DNA of 64,000 nucleotides from Halobacteriales archaeon QS_8_69_26 (GCA_003023195.1 PXRX01000043.1:16643-80642); one strand, 5' to 3'; shown: positions 26,165 to 34,673, counted from the stretch's first letter. Numbers and translations: made by a program. Notes: a model not told the origin generated them from the sequence alone.

Positions 26165-28066
26165 ATGGCAGGGGACCCCTCTGGGAACGTCTCGACGAAG
26201 TCCTGCCCACACTGCGGTAGCGCCAACAGAGCCGAGGCGAACTTCTGTAAGTCGTGTGGGGAAGTGATAGAGGAAGAGGCCGGGAACGGATCGGACGAAC
26301 CGGACGGGGGGACGGACGTAGAGGAGTGTCCCGGGTGCGGTGCCGACCTCTCTCGCGTACCGCCCGAACGACTGGACGACTGCCCCGTCTGCGGGAGCGA
26401 ACTCCCCGTCGGGTCGGGTGGTGACGACGACGCCGGGGCGTCCGACGACGACCCACCCGCCGACGACGCCGGGGCACAGGAACCGGGAGGGGGTGATCCC
26501 GCGGGGTCGGACGCCTTCGAGGATCCCGATGTCGTCTCCAGCGACGCCGACGACCCCGCCACCGAGGCCTCGGACGACGACGTGAGCGTACCGGAAGCCT
26601 CGGACGACGACGTCGCCGTCCCCGAAGCGTCGGACGACGACCTGTCGGTACCGGACCCCTCCGAGGACGATAGCGACGACGACATCACAGTCCCCGACGA
26701 TCCCCCGATTTCCGACGAACCGGACGGGTTCGAGGACACGGCGATAGTGCCCGGGGATTCCGACGGCGAGGCCGACGACGGCGGTACGGGGTCGTCCGGG
26801 GGGATCGGTGGAACGACCGGGGGGATCGGCGTCGACGAATCGGCAGACGCCGGCCCCGACGACCCGGTCGGGGACGCCGCGACGGGGGGAGCGGGATCCC
26901 CGGTAGAGGACGAGGGACCGACGGACGACGAGGGACCCGCAACGATAGGTTCGCCCGGTGACGGCGGTTCGACGGGGACCTCCTCGGGCGGCGGTTCGAC
27001 GGGTCCCACGTCCGGCGGGTCCACGGGTGACGCACCCGGTGTCGGTTCGACCGGCACCCCGCCCGGCGGCGGGTCCGACACGGGCCCATCGACCGGTGGG
27101 TCCACGTCAGGCGGCGGATCCGGATCGGGTGCAGGATCCACGTCCGGCGGCGGATCCGCGTCGGCTGGCGGATCCGGCGACGAGCGGACCTGTCCCGACT
27201 GTGGGGCCGACCTCTCGCGGATCCCGCCCGACGAACTCACGCTCTGTCCCGTCTGCGGGATCGACCTCCCGGACGAGGAAGCGGAGCCCGAGGAGGAGGA
27301 GCCCGCAGCGGGCGAGATGACCACCGAGGACCTGGAGGAGTGTCCGGACTGCGGGAAGGACCTGACCTCCATCCCGGAGGAGATGCGGTTCGTCTGTCCC
27401 AACTGCCGGGTCGACCTGGAGGAGGCCATCCAGGAGATGTCCGGCGGTGCCGCGGCCGGCGGCGGTGCCGCGACCGGGGGATCCGGCGGCGGGACTGGCG
27501 GATCGGCCGGCGGTACCGGGGGGACGGGCGGCACCCCGGCGTCGGGATCCGACGCCGGCGGTCAGTCCACCGGTCCCGCCTCCCCCGGGTCGGGATCCTC
27601 CGGTTCGGGCCCGTCCGACGGGGCGGACGCGACGCCGGACCCCGCGCCGGCCATCGGTGCCGGCGAGTCCGGGTCGGACGCCGGCGGGCAACCGGGCGAT
27701 GGGGCACCGGACCCCGCACCGGCCATCGGCGACCCGACCGGCAAGGAGGGGCGCGAATCGGTGCCCACCGAGGTCGTCATCCGGGTCGTGGGCCGCGAGA
27801 TCCGTGCCAGCGACGGGGACAAGGTCGGCGGCGAGGTCCGCCAGGCGATGATCGACGGCGGCATGCCCGAACAGAAGTCCCGGTACGTCCACCGGGAGCA
27901 CGTCCGGTTCGACCGCGAGGACGGCGAGTTCTTCGCCACCAAGATCGGGCGGAACACCCTGGAGGTCAACGGCAAGGAAATCGACCAGGGCGAACGGGTC
28001 CGCGTCGTCGACGGCGACGAGATGACCTTCTCGAAACAGATCACCGCGGACGTCCGCCTGGAGTAG
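26165..28066 (+). CDS. multi-zinc-ribbon protein with long disordered linkers and a C-terminal FHA domain
   Basis: ATG at 26165 (the track starts at GTG 26144). There are four CxxC...CxxC ribbons: CPHCGS..CKSCG, CPGCGADLSRVPPERLDDCPVCG, CPDCGADLSRIPPDELTLCPVCG and CPDCGKDLTSIPEEMRFVCPNCR. The C-terminus VVGREI...SRYVHREHVRF...GRNTLEVNGKEI...VVDGDEMTF shows the FHA GR...SxxH...NG pattern. Confidence 0.8.
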   Translation: MAGDPSGNVSTKSCPHCGSANRAEANFCKSCGEVIEEEAGNGSDEPDGGTDVEECPGCGADLSRVPPERLDDCPVCGSELPVGSGGDDDAGASDDDPPADDAGAQEPGGGDPAGSDAFEDPDVVSSDADDPATEASDDDVSVPEASDDDVAVPEASDDDLSVPDPSEDDSDDDITVPDDPPISDEPDGFEDTAIVPGDSDGEADDGGTGSSGGIGGTTGGIGVDESADAGPDDPVGDAATGGAGSPVEDEGPTDDEGPATIGSPGDGGSTGTSSGGGSTGPTSGGSTGDAPGVGSTGTPPGGGSDTGPSTGGSTSGGGSGSGAGSTSGGGSASAGGSGDERTCPDCGADLSRIPPDELTLCPVCGIDLPDEEAEPEEEEPAAGEMTTEDLEECPDCGKDLTSIPEEMRFVCPNCRVDLEEAIQEMSGGAAAGGGAATGGSGGGTGGSAGGTGGTGGTPASGSDAGGQSTGPASPGSGSSGSGPSDGADATPDPAPAIGAGESGSDAGGQPGDGAPDPAPAIGDPTGKEGRESVPTEVVIRVVGREIRASDGDKVGGEVRQAMIDGGMPEQKSRYVHREHVRFDREDGEFFATKIGRNTLEVNGKEIDQGERVRVVDGDEMTFSKQITADVRLE

Positions 28067-28167
28067 GTCCCGGGGACGTCCGTTCGCAGTCGGTTTCGAC
28101 CGTCCGCAAGCAACGGGATCCGGCACCCGTCGCGTCGGACCCGCCCGGATCTGGATCGGTACTGTCT

Positions 28168-28227
28168 CTTCTCATCCCCGATAGCCTCTTCTCATCCCCG
28201 ATAGCCCCTTCTCACCCCCGATACCCC
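28168..28227. repeat. 20-bp tandem repeat x3 between convergent genes
   Basis: cttctcatccccgatagcct is at 28168, cttctcatccccgatagccc at 28188 and cttctcacccccgataccccc at 28208. The array ends 20 nt from the stop of the minus-strand nuclease gene. Confidence 0.9.
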
Positions 28228-28247
28228 CTCCGTCCCGGACCGCCGGA

Positions 28248-28715
28248 CTACCGGAACCGGTCCTCGGGGTCGCTCCGGTCGTCCTCCACGTCGAACTCGG
28301 TCGCCGGTCGTCCGGCCTCCTCGACCACGTCGTCCGCGACGACGATCGGACAGTCGACCCGGAGCGCCAGCGCTATCCCGTCGCTGGGCCGGGCGTCGAA
28401 GACGAACGAGTCGCGCTCGCCCCCCTCGTACTTCTCGGCGTCGACCTTCGCGTAGAAGGTGCCGTCGGCCAGGTCGTCGACGCGGACCCGGTCTATCGCG
28501 CCGCCGAACTCGGTGAGCAGTTCCACGAACAGGTCGTGAGTGAGCGGTCGTTCGTACTGGATCCCGTCCCTAGCGAGTCGCATCGAGTGGGCCTGCTCGG
28601 GACTCACGAAGATGGGGACGATCCGGTCGTCGACCTCCAGAACGACCGCGGGCGCGCCGGGGCCCTCCTCCCCGACGCTGACCCCGACGCCCCGTACCTC
28701 CGCCTCGTGTTCCAT
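28248..28715 (-). CDS. bifunctional-nuclease (BFN / DUF151) domain protein
   Basis: Track ORF trimmed to the ATG (cat 28713-28715), giving MEHEAEVRGVGVSVGEEGPGAPAVVLEVDDRIVPIFVSPEQAHSMRLA...RPLTHDLFVELL...DGTFYAKV...ARPSDGIALALR. This is the typical DUF151 layout. Confidence 0.75.
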   Translation of the reverse strand: MEHEAEVRGVGVSVGEEGPGAPAVVLEVDDRIVPIFVSPEQAHSMRLARDGIQYERPLTHDLFVELLTEFGGAIDRVRVDDLADGTFYAKVDAEKYEGGERDSFVFDARPSDGIALALRVDCPIVVADDVVEEAGRPATEFDVEDDRSDPEDRFR

Positions 28716-28899
28716 GGGGCAGGCAATGGACACCAGGAGTATAAGCCCTCGGGCGGCCCGTGCCGGTTCGCTCGTCCCGCCCGCCGCCCGGTTACTGTAC
28801 GCTTGCGGCGTCCCACCGGAGTCGTCGGATCTGTCAGGGGTCTCGTCCTCGCTCCCCGTCGTCGCCGGACTTTTCGGCCCGGGATCCGGCGTGGTGTCC

Positions 28900-29376
28900 A
28901 TGGAGAAGGTGGCCATCGAGGACGTCGAGAACGAACCGAACCCCCTGCAGGTCCACGAGGTGCGCAAGCCGGTCTCGCGGGTGCTGGGGACCGAGCACTT
29001 CGCGATGAACTACTTCGAACTCGGTCCCGGCGAGTCCTTCTCGGGCGGTCTGCACCGCCACAACGACCAGGAGGAGGTCTTCTACGTCGAGACGGGGACC
29101 GCGACCTTCGAGGTCGGGACGGACCGCGACCGGGTGACGGTCGAGGCGGGGGAACTGATCCGGTTCCCGCCGGGGGAGTTCCAGACCGGCCGGAACGAGG
29201 GCGAGGAGCGGGTCCGGGGGTGGGCCCTCGGCGGCCCCGGTGCGATGCACGACTGGGACGAACTCCAGTCGCGGACCCACTGCCCGGAGTGCGAGACCGA
29301 ACGCACCCACGACGTGGGGTTCGCAGGCGGTCGCTTCGAGTTGACCTGCACCGAGTGCGGCCACGAACAGGGGTGA
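28900..29376 (+). CDS. cupin-domain protein with C-terminal zinc-ribbon
   Basis: From the ATG at 28900 the product is MEKVAIEDVENEPNPL...GGLHRHNDQEEVFYVETG...IRFPPGEFQTG (cupin motifs 1 and 2). It ends with CPECETER...CTECGHEQG. Confidence 0.75.
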   Translation: MEKVAIEDVENEPNPLQVHEVRKPVSRVLGTEHFAMNYFELGPGESFSGGLHRHNDQEEVFYVETGTATFEVGTDRDRVTVEAGELIRFPPGEFQTGRNEGEERVRGWALGGPGAMHDWDELQSRTHCPECETERTHDVGFAGGRFELTCTECGHEQG

Positions 29377-29467
29377 CCTGGTCCCGGGGTCGGATCCCGA
29401 TCGGCGTCCGACCCGGTCGTCCCCGGCGACGGCCGGACTTTTATTGCAGGTAATTCTATCCACCGGC

Positions 29468-30478
29468 GTGATCGAGATCGACGGCGGGATCGGCGGCGGG
29501 CAGGTCGTGCGGACGGCCCTGGCGCTGTCGGCGGTCACGGGCGAACCGGTGACCGTCGAGGACGTCCGCGGGAACCGGTCGGAACCGGGCCTCGAGCACC
29601 AGCACCTCGCGGCGGTCAGGGTGCTGGGACGGATCGCGGACGCCGACGTAGAGGGGGACGAACTCGGATCCGGGCGGGTCGTCTTCGAACCGGGCGCGGT
29701 CCGGGGCGGCGAGTACGAGGTCGACATTCCCACCGCCGGGAGCGTGACGCTTCTGTTCGACGCAGTGTTGCCCCTCGCGGTCGCCACGCCGGACCCCATC
29801 GCCGTGACGGCCACCGGCGGAACCGCGGTGAAGTGGTCGCCGACGATGGCCTACTACCGTCGGGTGAAGCTCCCGCTCCTCCGGCGGGCGGGGCTCCAGG
29901 CCGCCGTCGACGTCGACCGCGTCGGCTACTACCCGACGGGTGGCGGGCGGGCGCGCCTCTCGCTGGCACCGTCGACGGTGACGCCCACCCTCGGCGATCG
30001 GGGAGAACGAGAGGTGGCCCGCGTCTACTCGGCGGCCGACTGGCGGCTCTCGGACGACGACGTCGCACGGTGCCAGGCCGAGGCGGCCGCCGAGGCACTC
30101 CGCGAGTCGGGCGTGGACGTCGCGGACGTCACGACTGCGTCCGTCGCGGCCGACTGTCCCGGGTCCTCCGTCGCGGTCCGGGTCGACTACGGGACCGCCA
30201 TCGCCGGCTTCGACTCGCTGGGCGAACCGGGCCGGCCGGCCGAGGCGGTGGGCGAGGCGGCCGCCGGGGCGGCCCGTGAGTTCCACGCCGGGCCCGGGGC
30301 CGTCGACGAGCACATGGCTGACCAGCTCCTCCCGTTCCTCGGGCTCTGCGGTGGGCGGGTCCTGATCCCCGAGGTGACCGACCACGTCGAGTCCTCCATC
30401 GAACTGCTCGGTGCGTTCGACCGGGGTATCGCTGTCAGGGAGTCCGGGGACGGGTGGCTTCTCGTCGGCGACGACTGA
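29468..30478 (+). CDS. rtcA: RNA 3'-terminal phosphate cyclase
   Basis: IEIDGGIGGGQVVRTALALSAVTGEPV...TAGSVTLLFDAVLPLA...DEHMADQLLPFL contains the adenylated-His motif. I prefer GTG 29468 over the track's TTG 29444, because ttttattgcaggtaattcta (29439-29458) looks like the TATA region of a leaderless mRNA. Confidence 0.8.
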   Translation: MIEIDGGIGGGQVVRTALALSAVTGEPVTVEDVRGNRSEPGLEHQHLAAVRVLGRIADADVEGDELGSGRVVFEPGAVRGGEYEVDIPTAGSVTLLFDAVLPLAVATPDPIAVTATGGTAVKWSPTMAYYRRVKLPLLRRAGLQAAVDVDRVGYYPTGGGRARLSLAPSTVTPTLGDRGEREVARVYSAADWRLSDDDVARCQAEAAAEALRESGVDVADVTTASVAADCPGSSVAVRVDYGTAIAGFDSLGEPGRPAEAVGEAAAGAAREFHAGPGAVDEHMADQLLPFLGLCGGRVLIPEVTDHVESSIELLGAFDRGIAVRESGDGWLLVGDD

Positions 30479-30613
30479 TCCGAACCCCGGGGTCGCTGTG
30501 ACCCGCCCCTCGGGATCATCGGGGGCCCCGCGACCGGGTCGAAGTAGTCGGGGCGACCCGGCGACCGGATCCCCCGGGCCGACGCTCAATAGGTGGGACG
30601 TGCTAGCGGGGCC

Positions 30614-31368
30614 ATGGCAACCGATCCCTCCTTCGAGGTGTCCGTCCCGGCGGACGCGACCACGGCGACTGACTGGTCGTCGGCGTCTCGATCCCCGCGC
30701 TTGCCGGACTGGCGGCGGCGGACTACCTCGTCGAACACATCGACGTCGACCCCATCGGCCACGTTTCGGCCCACGGCGTTCCCTCGCTGGCCCCGTTCAG
30801 CGAGGGCCGCCCCCGGCCCCACACGAGGCTCTACGGCGCTCCCGGGTCCGACCTGACGGTCCTGGTCGGGGAACTGTTCGTCCCCGTCGGCCCCTCCGAG
30901 GCGTACGCCGATGGGATCCTCGCCTGGGCGGAGGAGGCAGGGATCGAGGAGGTGACGTTGCTGGCCGGCGTCCCCTATCCCCACGCCCCGGAGGAACACG
31001 CCGTCTACTACGTCGCGACCGACGAGTACCGGGAGCGCAGGCTCTCGGACACCGACGTCCAGGCGCTCGGCGGGGGCTTCCTCGACGGGGCCCACGGCGA
31101 ACTACTGAGCCGTACGGCCGAGGGATCGGCGCCACCGACCGGGGCGCTGGTCACCCCGAGTCACCCGCCCGGCCCGGACCTGGAGGCCGCTCTGCTGTTC
31201 GTCGGTGCCCTGGAGGGGATCTACGGCCTCACCGTGGACGCGGGGGAACTGGAGCGGCTCTCGGCCGACGTCAGGCGCCACTACGAGGAGATGGCGAAGC
31301 GCCTGGAGGCGATGACGGAGGGGAGCGCGACGATGGAGGGCCGGGACCTCCCCGAGGACCGGGCGTAG
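30614..31368 (+). pseudogene. proteasome-assembly-chaperone (PAC2) family protein, frameshifted after ~19 codons
   Basis: From ATG 30614 the product is MATDPSFEVSVPADATTATD, and this frame then decays to a stop at 30854. The family-like sequence LVVGVSIPALAGLAAADYLVEHIDVDPIGHV...TLLAGVPYPHAPEEHAVYYV...MEGRDLPEDRA* runs in the frame of track ORF 30952..31368. That frame is closed by TGA at 30670-30672 and has no start codon until 30952. Confidence 0.7.
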
Positions 31369-31405
31369 ATGTAGGGGGATCGAGGGCCCGTCTTTGTGGG
31401 CCCCC

Positions 31406-31543
31406 GTCGGCGTCCCTGCGGCCGTCGGCGTCCCTGCGGCCGTCGGCGTCCCTGCGGCCGGCGGATCACCGCTGCCTCTCGTGGTCGGCGTACCCGCGGC
31501 CGGCAGATCACCGCTGGCTCTCGTGGTCGGCGTACCCGTGGCC
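31406..31543. repeat. 18-bp x3 plus 42-bp x2 tandem repeats; the last copy is the 3' end (with stop) of the small membrane gene
   Basis: gtcggcgtccctgcggcc occurs at 31406, 31424 and 31442. ggcggatcaccgctgcctctcgtggtcggcgtacccgcggcc spans 31460-31501, and ggcagatcaccgctggctctcgtggtcggcgtacccgtggcc spans 31502-31543. The stop codon complement tca is at 31508. Confidence 0.9.
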
Positions 31544-31759
31544 GGCGAGGAGGGCCGTCCCGTTGACGCCGACCAGCAACAGGAAGGTCGCGACGTCGGT
31601 CGGTCGCTCGATGCCGCCGGCGAGCAACGCGACGAGGGCCACCGGAAGCGCGACCGCCACCCAGAACGCGGCCGCGGCACCGATCCGGGCCGCAACGGCG
31701 GCGACGCCGTCGCTCGGGGCGGCGGTACCGGCGGCGTCGTGGGTGTCGTCTCGGGTCAC
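31508..31759 (-). CDS. small two-helix membrane protein, function unknown
   Basis: 83-aa ORF with hydrophobic stretches AAAAFWVAVALPVALVALLAGG and VATFLLLVGVNGTALLAG. GC3 is high. Confidence 0.5.
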   Translation of the reverse strand: MTRDDTHDAAGTAAPSDGVAAVAARIGAAAAFWVAVALPVALVALLAGGIERPTDVATFLLLVGVNGTALLAGHGYADHESQR

Positions 31760-31846
31760 GTCTAAGTCGTCGACGCCTGCCCACTAAATACGACCTCTAG
31801 CTAAAGCGTCTCTTTAGGATACTGCGGCTTCCTCGACGGTGACCGG

Positions 31847-32560
31847 CTACCGCCTCGCGACGGGTCCGATCCGCACCCACCCCGCCACCTCGCCGGCGGG
31901 CGAGTCGTCCTCGTAGGTCGTTCCCTCGACCCGGACTTCGTCGGGGTCCGTACCGTCGGGGAGGTCCCACCGGATGACGACCGACTGGGACTCCCCGGCC
32001 GGGATCCGTCCGGTCGAGCGCTCCCCCGCGACGGTCGGGCCGTCGACGGTCCGGAGGTCACCGATCCGCAGTTCGTAGGGGCGCTCGCCGGCGTTCTCGA
32101 CGGTGACCGCCAGGGTGAACGTGCGGGTGCCGCCCGCCGTCGAGACGAACGCGTCCTTGACGGTCTCCGACTGGGGGGTCGAGGACAGGAGGTCGTCCCC
32201 GACCCCGACCCCGCCCCCACGGGTGGTCGTCCCCGGGTCGCTCCCGTCGCCGCCGCCCCCGAAGAGCCCGCGCTCGACCAGTCCGATCAGCGTCCGGCCC
32301 TCTATCGCTACCGGGATGCCGATGGCCAGTGCGATCATCAGGCGGATCAACCACCGGGGGGAGGGGTCGCCGTCGGACTCCGGCGGGTCCGGGGCCTCCG
32401 GCCGGGACCCCTCCGGCTCCGACTCCGGGGGGTCGATCGGGTCCCCGTCCTCCGCGTCCGGTTCGGCGTCCGGGGTCGGTTGGTCGGCGTCCCCGTCGCC
32501 GGATCCCTGGCCGTCGCTCCTGGCGGGTCTCGTCCTCGTCCGTGGCTGGTTTCCGGTCAT
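31847..32560 (-). CDS. N-terminally anchored secreted/membrane protein, function unknown
   Basis: 237 aa. It has an acidic P-rich N-terminus, one TM segment (WLIRLMIALAIGIPVAI), a G-rich linker, and then a beta-rich ~130-aa domain. Confidence 0.6.
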   Translation of the reverse strand: MTGNQPRTRTRPARSDGQGSGDGDADQPTPDAEPDAEDGDPIDPPESEPEGSRPEAPDPPESDGDPSPRWLIRLMIALAIGIPVAIEGRTLIGLVERGLFGGGGDGSDPGTTTRGGGVGVGDDLLSSTPQSETVKDAFVSTAGGTRTFTLAVTVENAGERPYELRIGDLRTVDGPTVAGERSTGRIPAGESQSVVIRWDLPDGTDPDEVRVEGTTYEDDSPAGEVAGWVRIGPVARR

Positions 32561-32633
32561 TCGGGGGTTCGTGGTTCGTGGGCGGCGGTCGGTTGACGCT
32601 TCGTCCGTCGGAATCCCGGGAACGGTCCCGGGA

Positions 32634-32894
32634 TCAGACGCCGATGGGCGCGCTCCCGGGGTTCAGGATCCCGTTGCTGATCATGTCGTAGATGGGGAGC
32701 CCGTAGGCCAGCACCACGAGCAAGACGGCGATCCCGAGCCAGATCCGCATGTCGTCGAGGACCGGGGACTCGCCTCTGGCCCCGAGAGGGCGGGAGGGTG
32801 CCGTCGACGTCGATGGTCCTGGTGCGGCTCCCGAACCGGGCGGCCGTGACCACGACGAGGAACAGCGCCAGCGAGACGAACAGCAGGATCGCAC
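32634..32894 (-). CDS. possible small 2-TM membrane protein whose two halves lie in different frames
   Basis: The distal half of the track ORF reads ESPVLDDMRIWLGIAVLLVVLAYGLPIYDMISNGILNPGSAPIGV* and looks real. The proximal half looks real only in the neighbouring frame (GAILLFVSLALFLVVVTAARFGSRTRTIDVDGTLPPSRG). A minimal intact alternative is the 38-aa ORF from the ATG at 32748-32750. Confidence 0.3.
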   Translation of the reverse strand: MRSCCSSRWRCSSSWSRPPGSGAAPGPSTSTAPSRPLGARGESPVLDDMRIWLGIAVLLVVLAYGLPIYDMISNGILNPGSAPIGV

Positions 32895-32926
32895 CCCTTA
32901 CGTCGACCCGACCCGGATCCGGACCA

Positions 32927-34069
32927 GTGACCGACGACCACGAGTTCCTGGCGACGACCAACCCCGGTCTCGAGCGAGTCGCCTGCCGCGAAATCGAGGA
33001 ACTCGTGGGCGCGGACGCGGAGCGGGTCTACCGCGGAGCGGTCGGCTTCTCGGCCCCGGCGTCGGCGGCCTTCGCGCTCAACCGCCGGTCGCGGGGCCTC
33101 CACCGGGTACTCGTCCAGGTGGCCGACGGGCGGGTCGACGCCATCGAGGACGTCTACGACGCGACCCGGGCGGTCCCGTTCGAGGAGTACTTCGATCCGG
33201 AGCGGTCGTTCGGAGTGCGCGCCACCCGCCACGGCCACCACGAGTTCACCAGCGTCGACGTCGGCGACCGGGCCGGCCAGGCCGTCGTCGACCGCCTGCG
33301 GGAGACGGCCGGAACACGGATCCCCGTCGACCTGGACGACCCCGACCAGGTCCTCCGGGCGTTCGTCCGCGACGACCGCTACCTCCTGGGGATCGACACG
33401 ACGGGCGAGCGGTCGCTCCACCGGCGGCCCTACCGCGTCTGCGAGCACGACGCCCCCCTGCGACCGACCATCGCCCACCAGCTACTGCGCCTCGCGGGGT
33501 TCGAACCGGGCGACGACGTGCTGGACCCGATGTGTGGATCGGCGACCATCCCCACCGAGGCGGCACTCTGGGCCGCCGGCCGGCCGCCCGACCCCGACCG
33601 GGGGTACGCCTACGAGCGGTTGCCGTTCCTGGACCCGTCCGACTCCGATCCCGTCCAGGATCCGCCCGGCGACGCTCCATCGCGGGAGGACGACCCCGAC
33701 GACGAGGGGGCGATCCCCGGCTCCTACCGGGGGATCGACGAGCAGTCGCGGTGGGTGCGGTGTGGCCGGGTCAACGCCGAGGCCGCGGGGCTGGACGGGG
33801 TGGTCGAGGTGGAGGAGGGCGACGCCACCGAGGTAGACGTCGACGCCGACGTGGTCGTCTCGAACCTCCCCTTCGGGATCCGGACGGTCGGCGACATGGC
33901 GGCGCTCTACGAGTCGTTCTCCGAGAACCTCGGGGCGGGCCGGTGGCGTACGGCCGCCCTCCTGACGACAAGTCCCGACCTGCTGGACCTGCCGGTCGAG
34001 CGCGAAATTCCGGTGACCTACGGGCGCCTCGACGCGACCATCGTGATCGCAGACGGTCCCGGGCGCTGA
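32927..34069 (+). CDS. THUMP-domain RNA (guanine-N2) methyltransferase (Trm14/UPF0020-like)
   Basis: The GTG at 32927 gives (M)TDDHEFLATTNPGLERVACREIEEL, followed by a THUMP-like region. The SAM motif is VLDPMCGSATIPTEAA and the catalytic motif is VVSNLPFG. Confidence 0.75.
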   Translation: MTDDHEFLATTNPGLERVACREIEELVGADAERVYRGAVGFSAPASAAFALNRRSRGLHRVLVQVADGRVDAIEDVYDATRAVPFEEYFDPERSFGVRATRHGHHEFTSVDVGDRAGQAVVDRLRETAGTRIPVDLDDPDQVLRAFVRDDRYLLGIDTTGERSLHRRPYRVCEHDAPLRPTIAHQLLRLAGFEPGDDVLDPMCGSATIPTEAALWAAGRPPDPDRGYAYERLPFLDPSDSDPVQDPPGDAPSREDDPDDEGAIPGSYRGIDEQSRWVRCGRVNAEAAGLDGVVEVEEGDATEVDVDADVVVSNLPFGIRTVGDMAALYESFSENLGAGRWRTAALLTTSPDLLDLPVEREIPVTYGRLDATIVIADGPGR

Positions 34070-34106
34070 GGGACCGCCGACGCTCGGATCCGTCCGGACC
34101 GGGGTC

Positions 34107-34589
34107 TCAGATCCGTTCCGCTATCCGGTCTCTCAGAACCGTCCTGTGGCACCGCTTGCTGTCGGTGTTCTCGTAGCAGACGAGTGCGACATCCTCGCCG
34201 GATCGGACGCGGTCGGCCAGGTCTTCCATCACTCCCTGGGCCTCGTCGCTCCCGTCGAGGTACTCGCGGTACTCTTCGACGAAGTCGAGTTCCTCCCAGG
34301 CGGCGTTGTGGGTGCCCTCGTCGCACATCCCCCGCACCTCGAGGTCCTCCCGGTGGTCCTGGAACTCCGAGAGCATCCCCTCGGGCGGCCCCAGGGCCGG
34401 GTGGTTCTCGTCGACGAGGGGGTGGAACCACGCCGTCGGGGTGCGGACGACCCCGGCCAGGGTCGCGCCGTCGGGCACGTCGGCGATGTCGTGCTGGATC
34501 GCCGCCGCGTAGGTGTCCGAGAGGGTACCGGCCCCGCCGTCGGCCGACTCGTCCGCGTCGGTCGGCCCCTCCGCGTCCGGTTCGGTCAC
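34107..34589 (-). CDS. DUF488-family protein
   Basis: 160 aa. The pattern ...VALVCYENTDSKRCHRTVLRDRIAERI at the C-terminus and the overall size match the DUF488 family. Confidence 0.7.
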   Translation of the reverse strand: MTEPDAEGPTDADESADGGAGTLSDTYAAAIQHDIADVPDGATLAGVVRTPTAWFHPLVDENHPALGPPEGMLSEFQDHREDLEVRGMCDEGTHNAAWEELDFVEEYREYLDGSDEAQGVMEDLADRVRSGEDVALVCYENTDSKRCHRTVLRDRIAERI

Positions 34590-34673
34590 GGTCGATCGAA
34601 GGGCACGACGGCTATTGAGTTCCCGGGGTGGTTCGTTGCCAACGAACGGTTCGGTGACGGGGTCGCCGCAGGA

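Noticed and set aside
22079-26212. The 1377-aa track ORF as a single giant protein.
   Set aside because: Only residues from MDDTPEAS (ATG at 24628) downstream look like protein. The upstream ~530 residues are antisense to the GlmU-like gene and intergenic DNA. The last ~70 residues are post-frameshift nonsense.
29444-29467. The TTG at 29444 as the rtcA start (track annotation).
   Set aside because: The first eight codons (LQVILSTG) lie within the only AT-rich, TATA-like segment upstream of the gene. The GTG at 29468, giving MIEIDGG..., fits the family N-terminus better. This is uncertain without TSS data.
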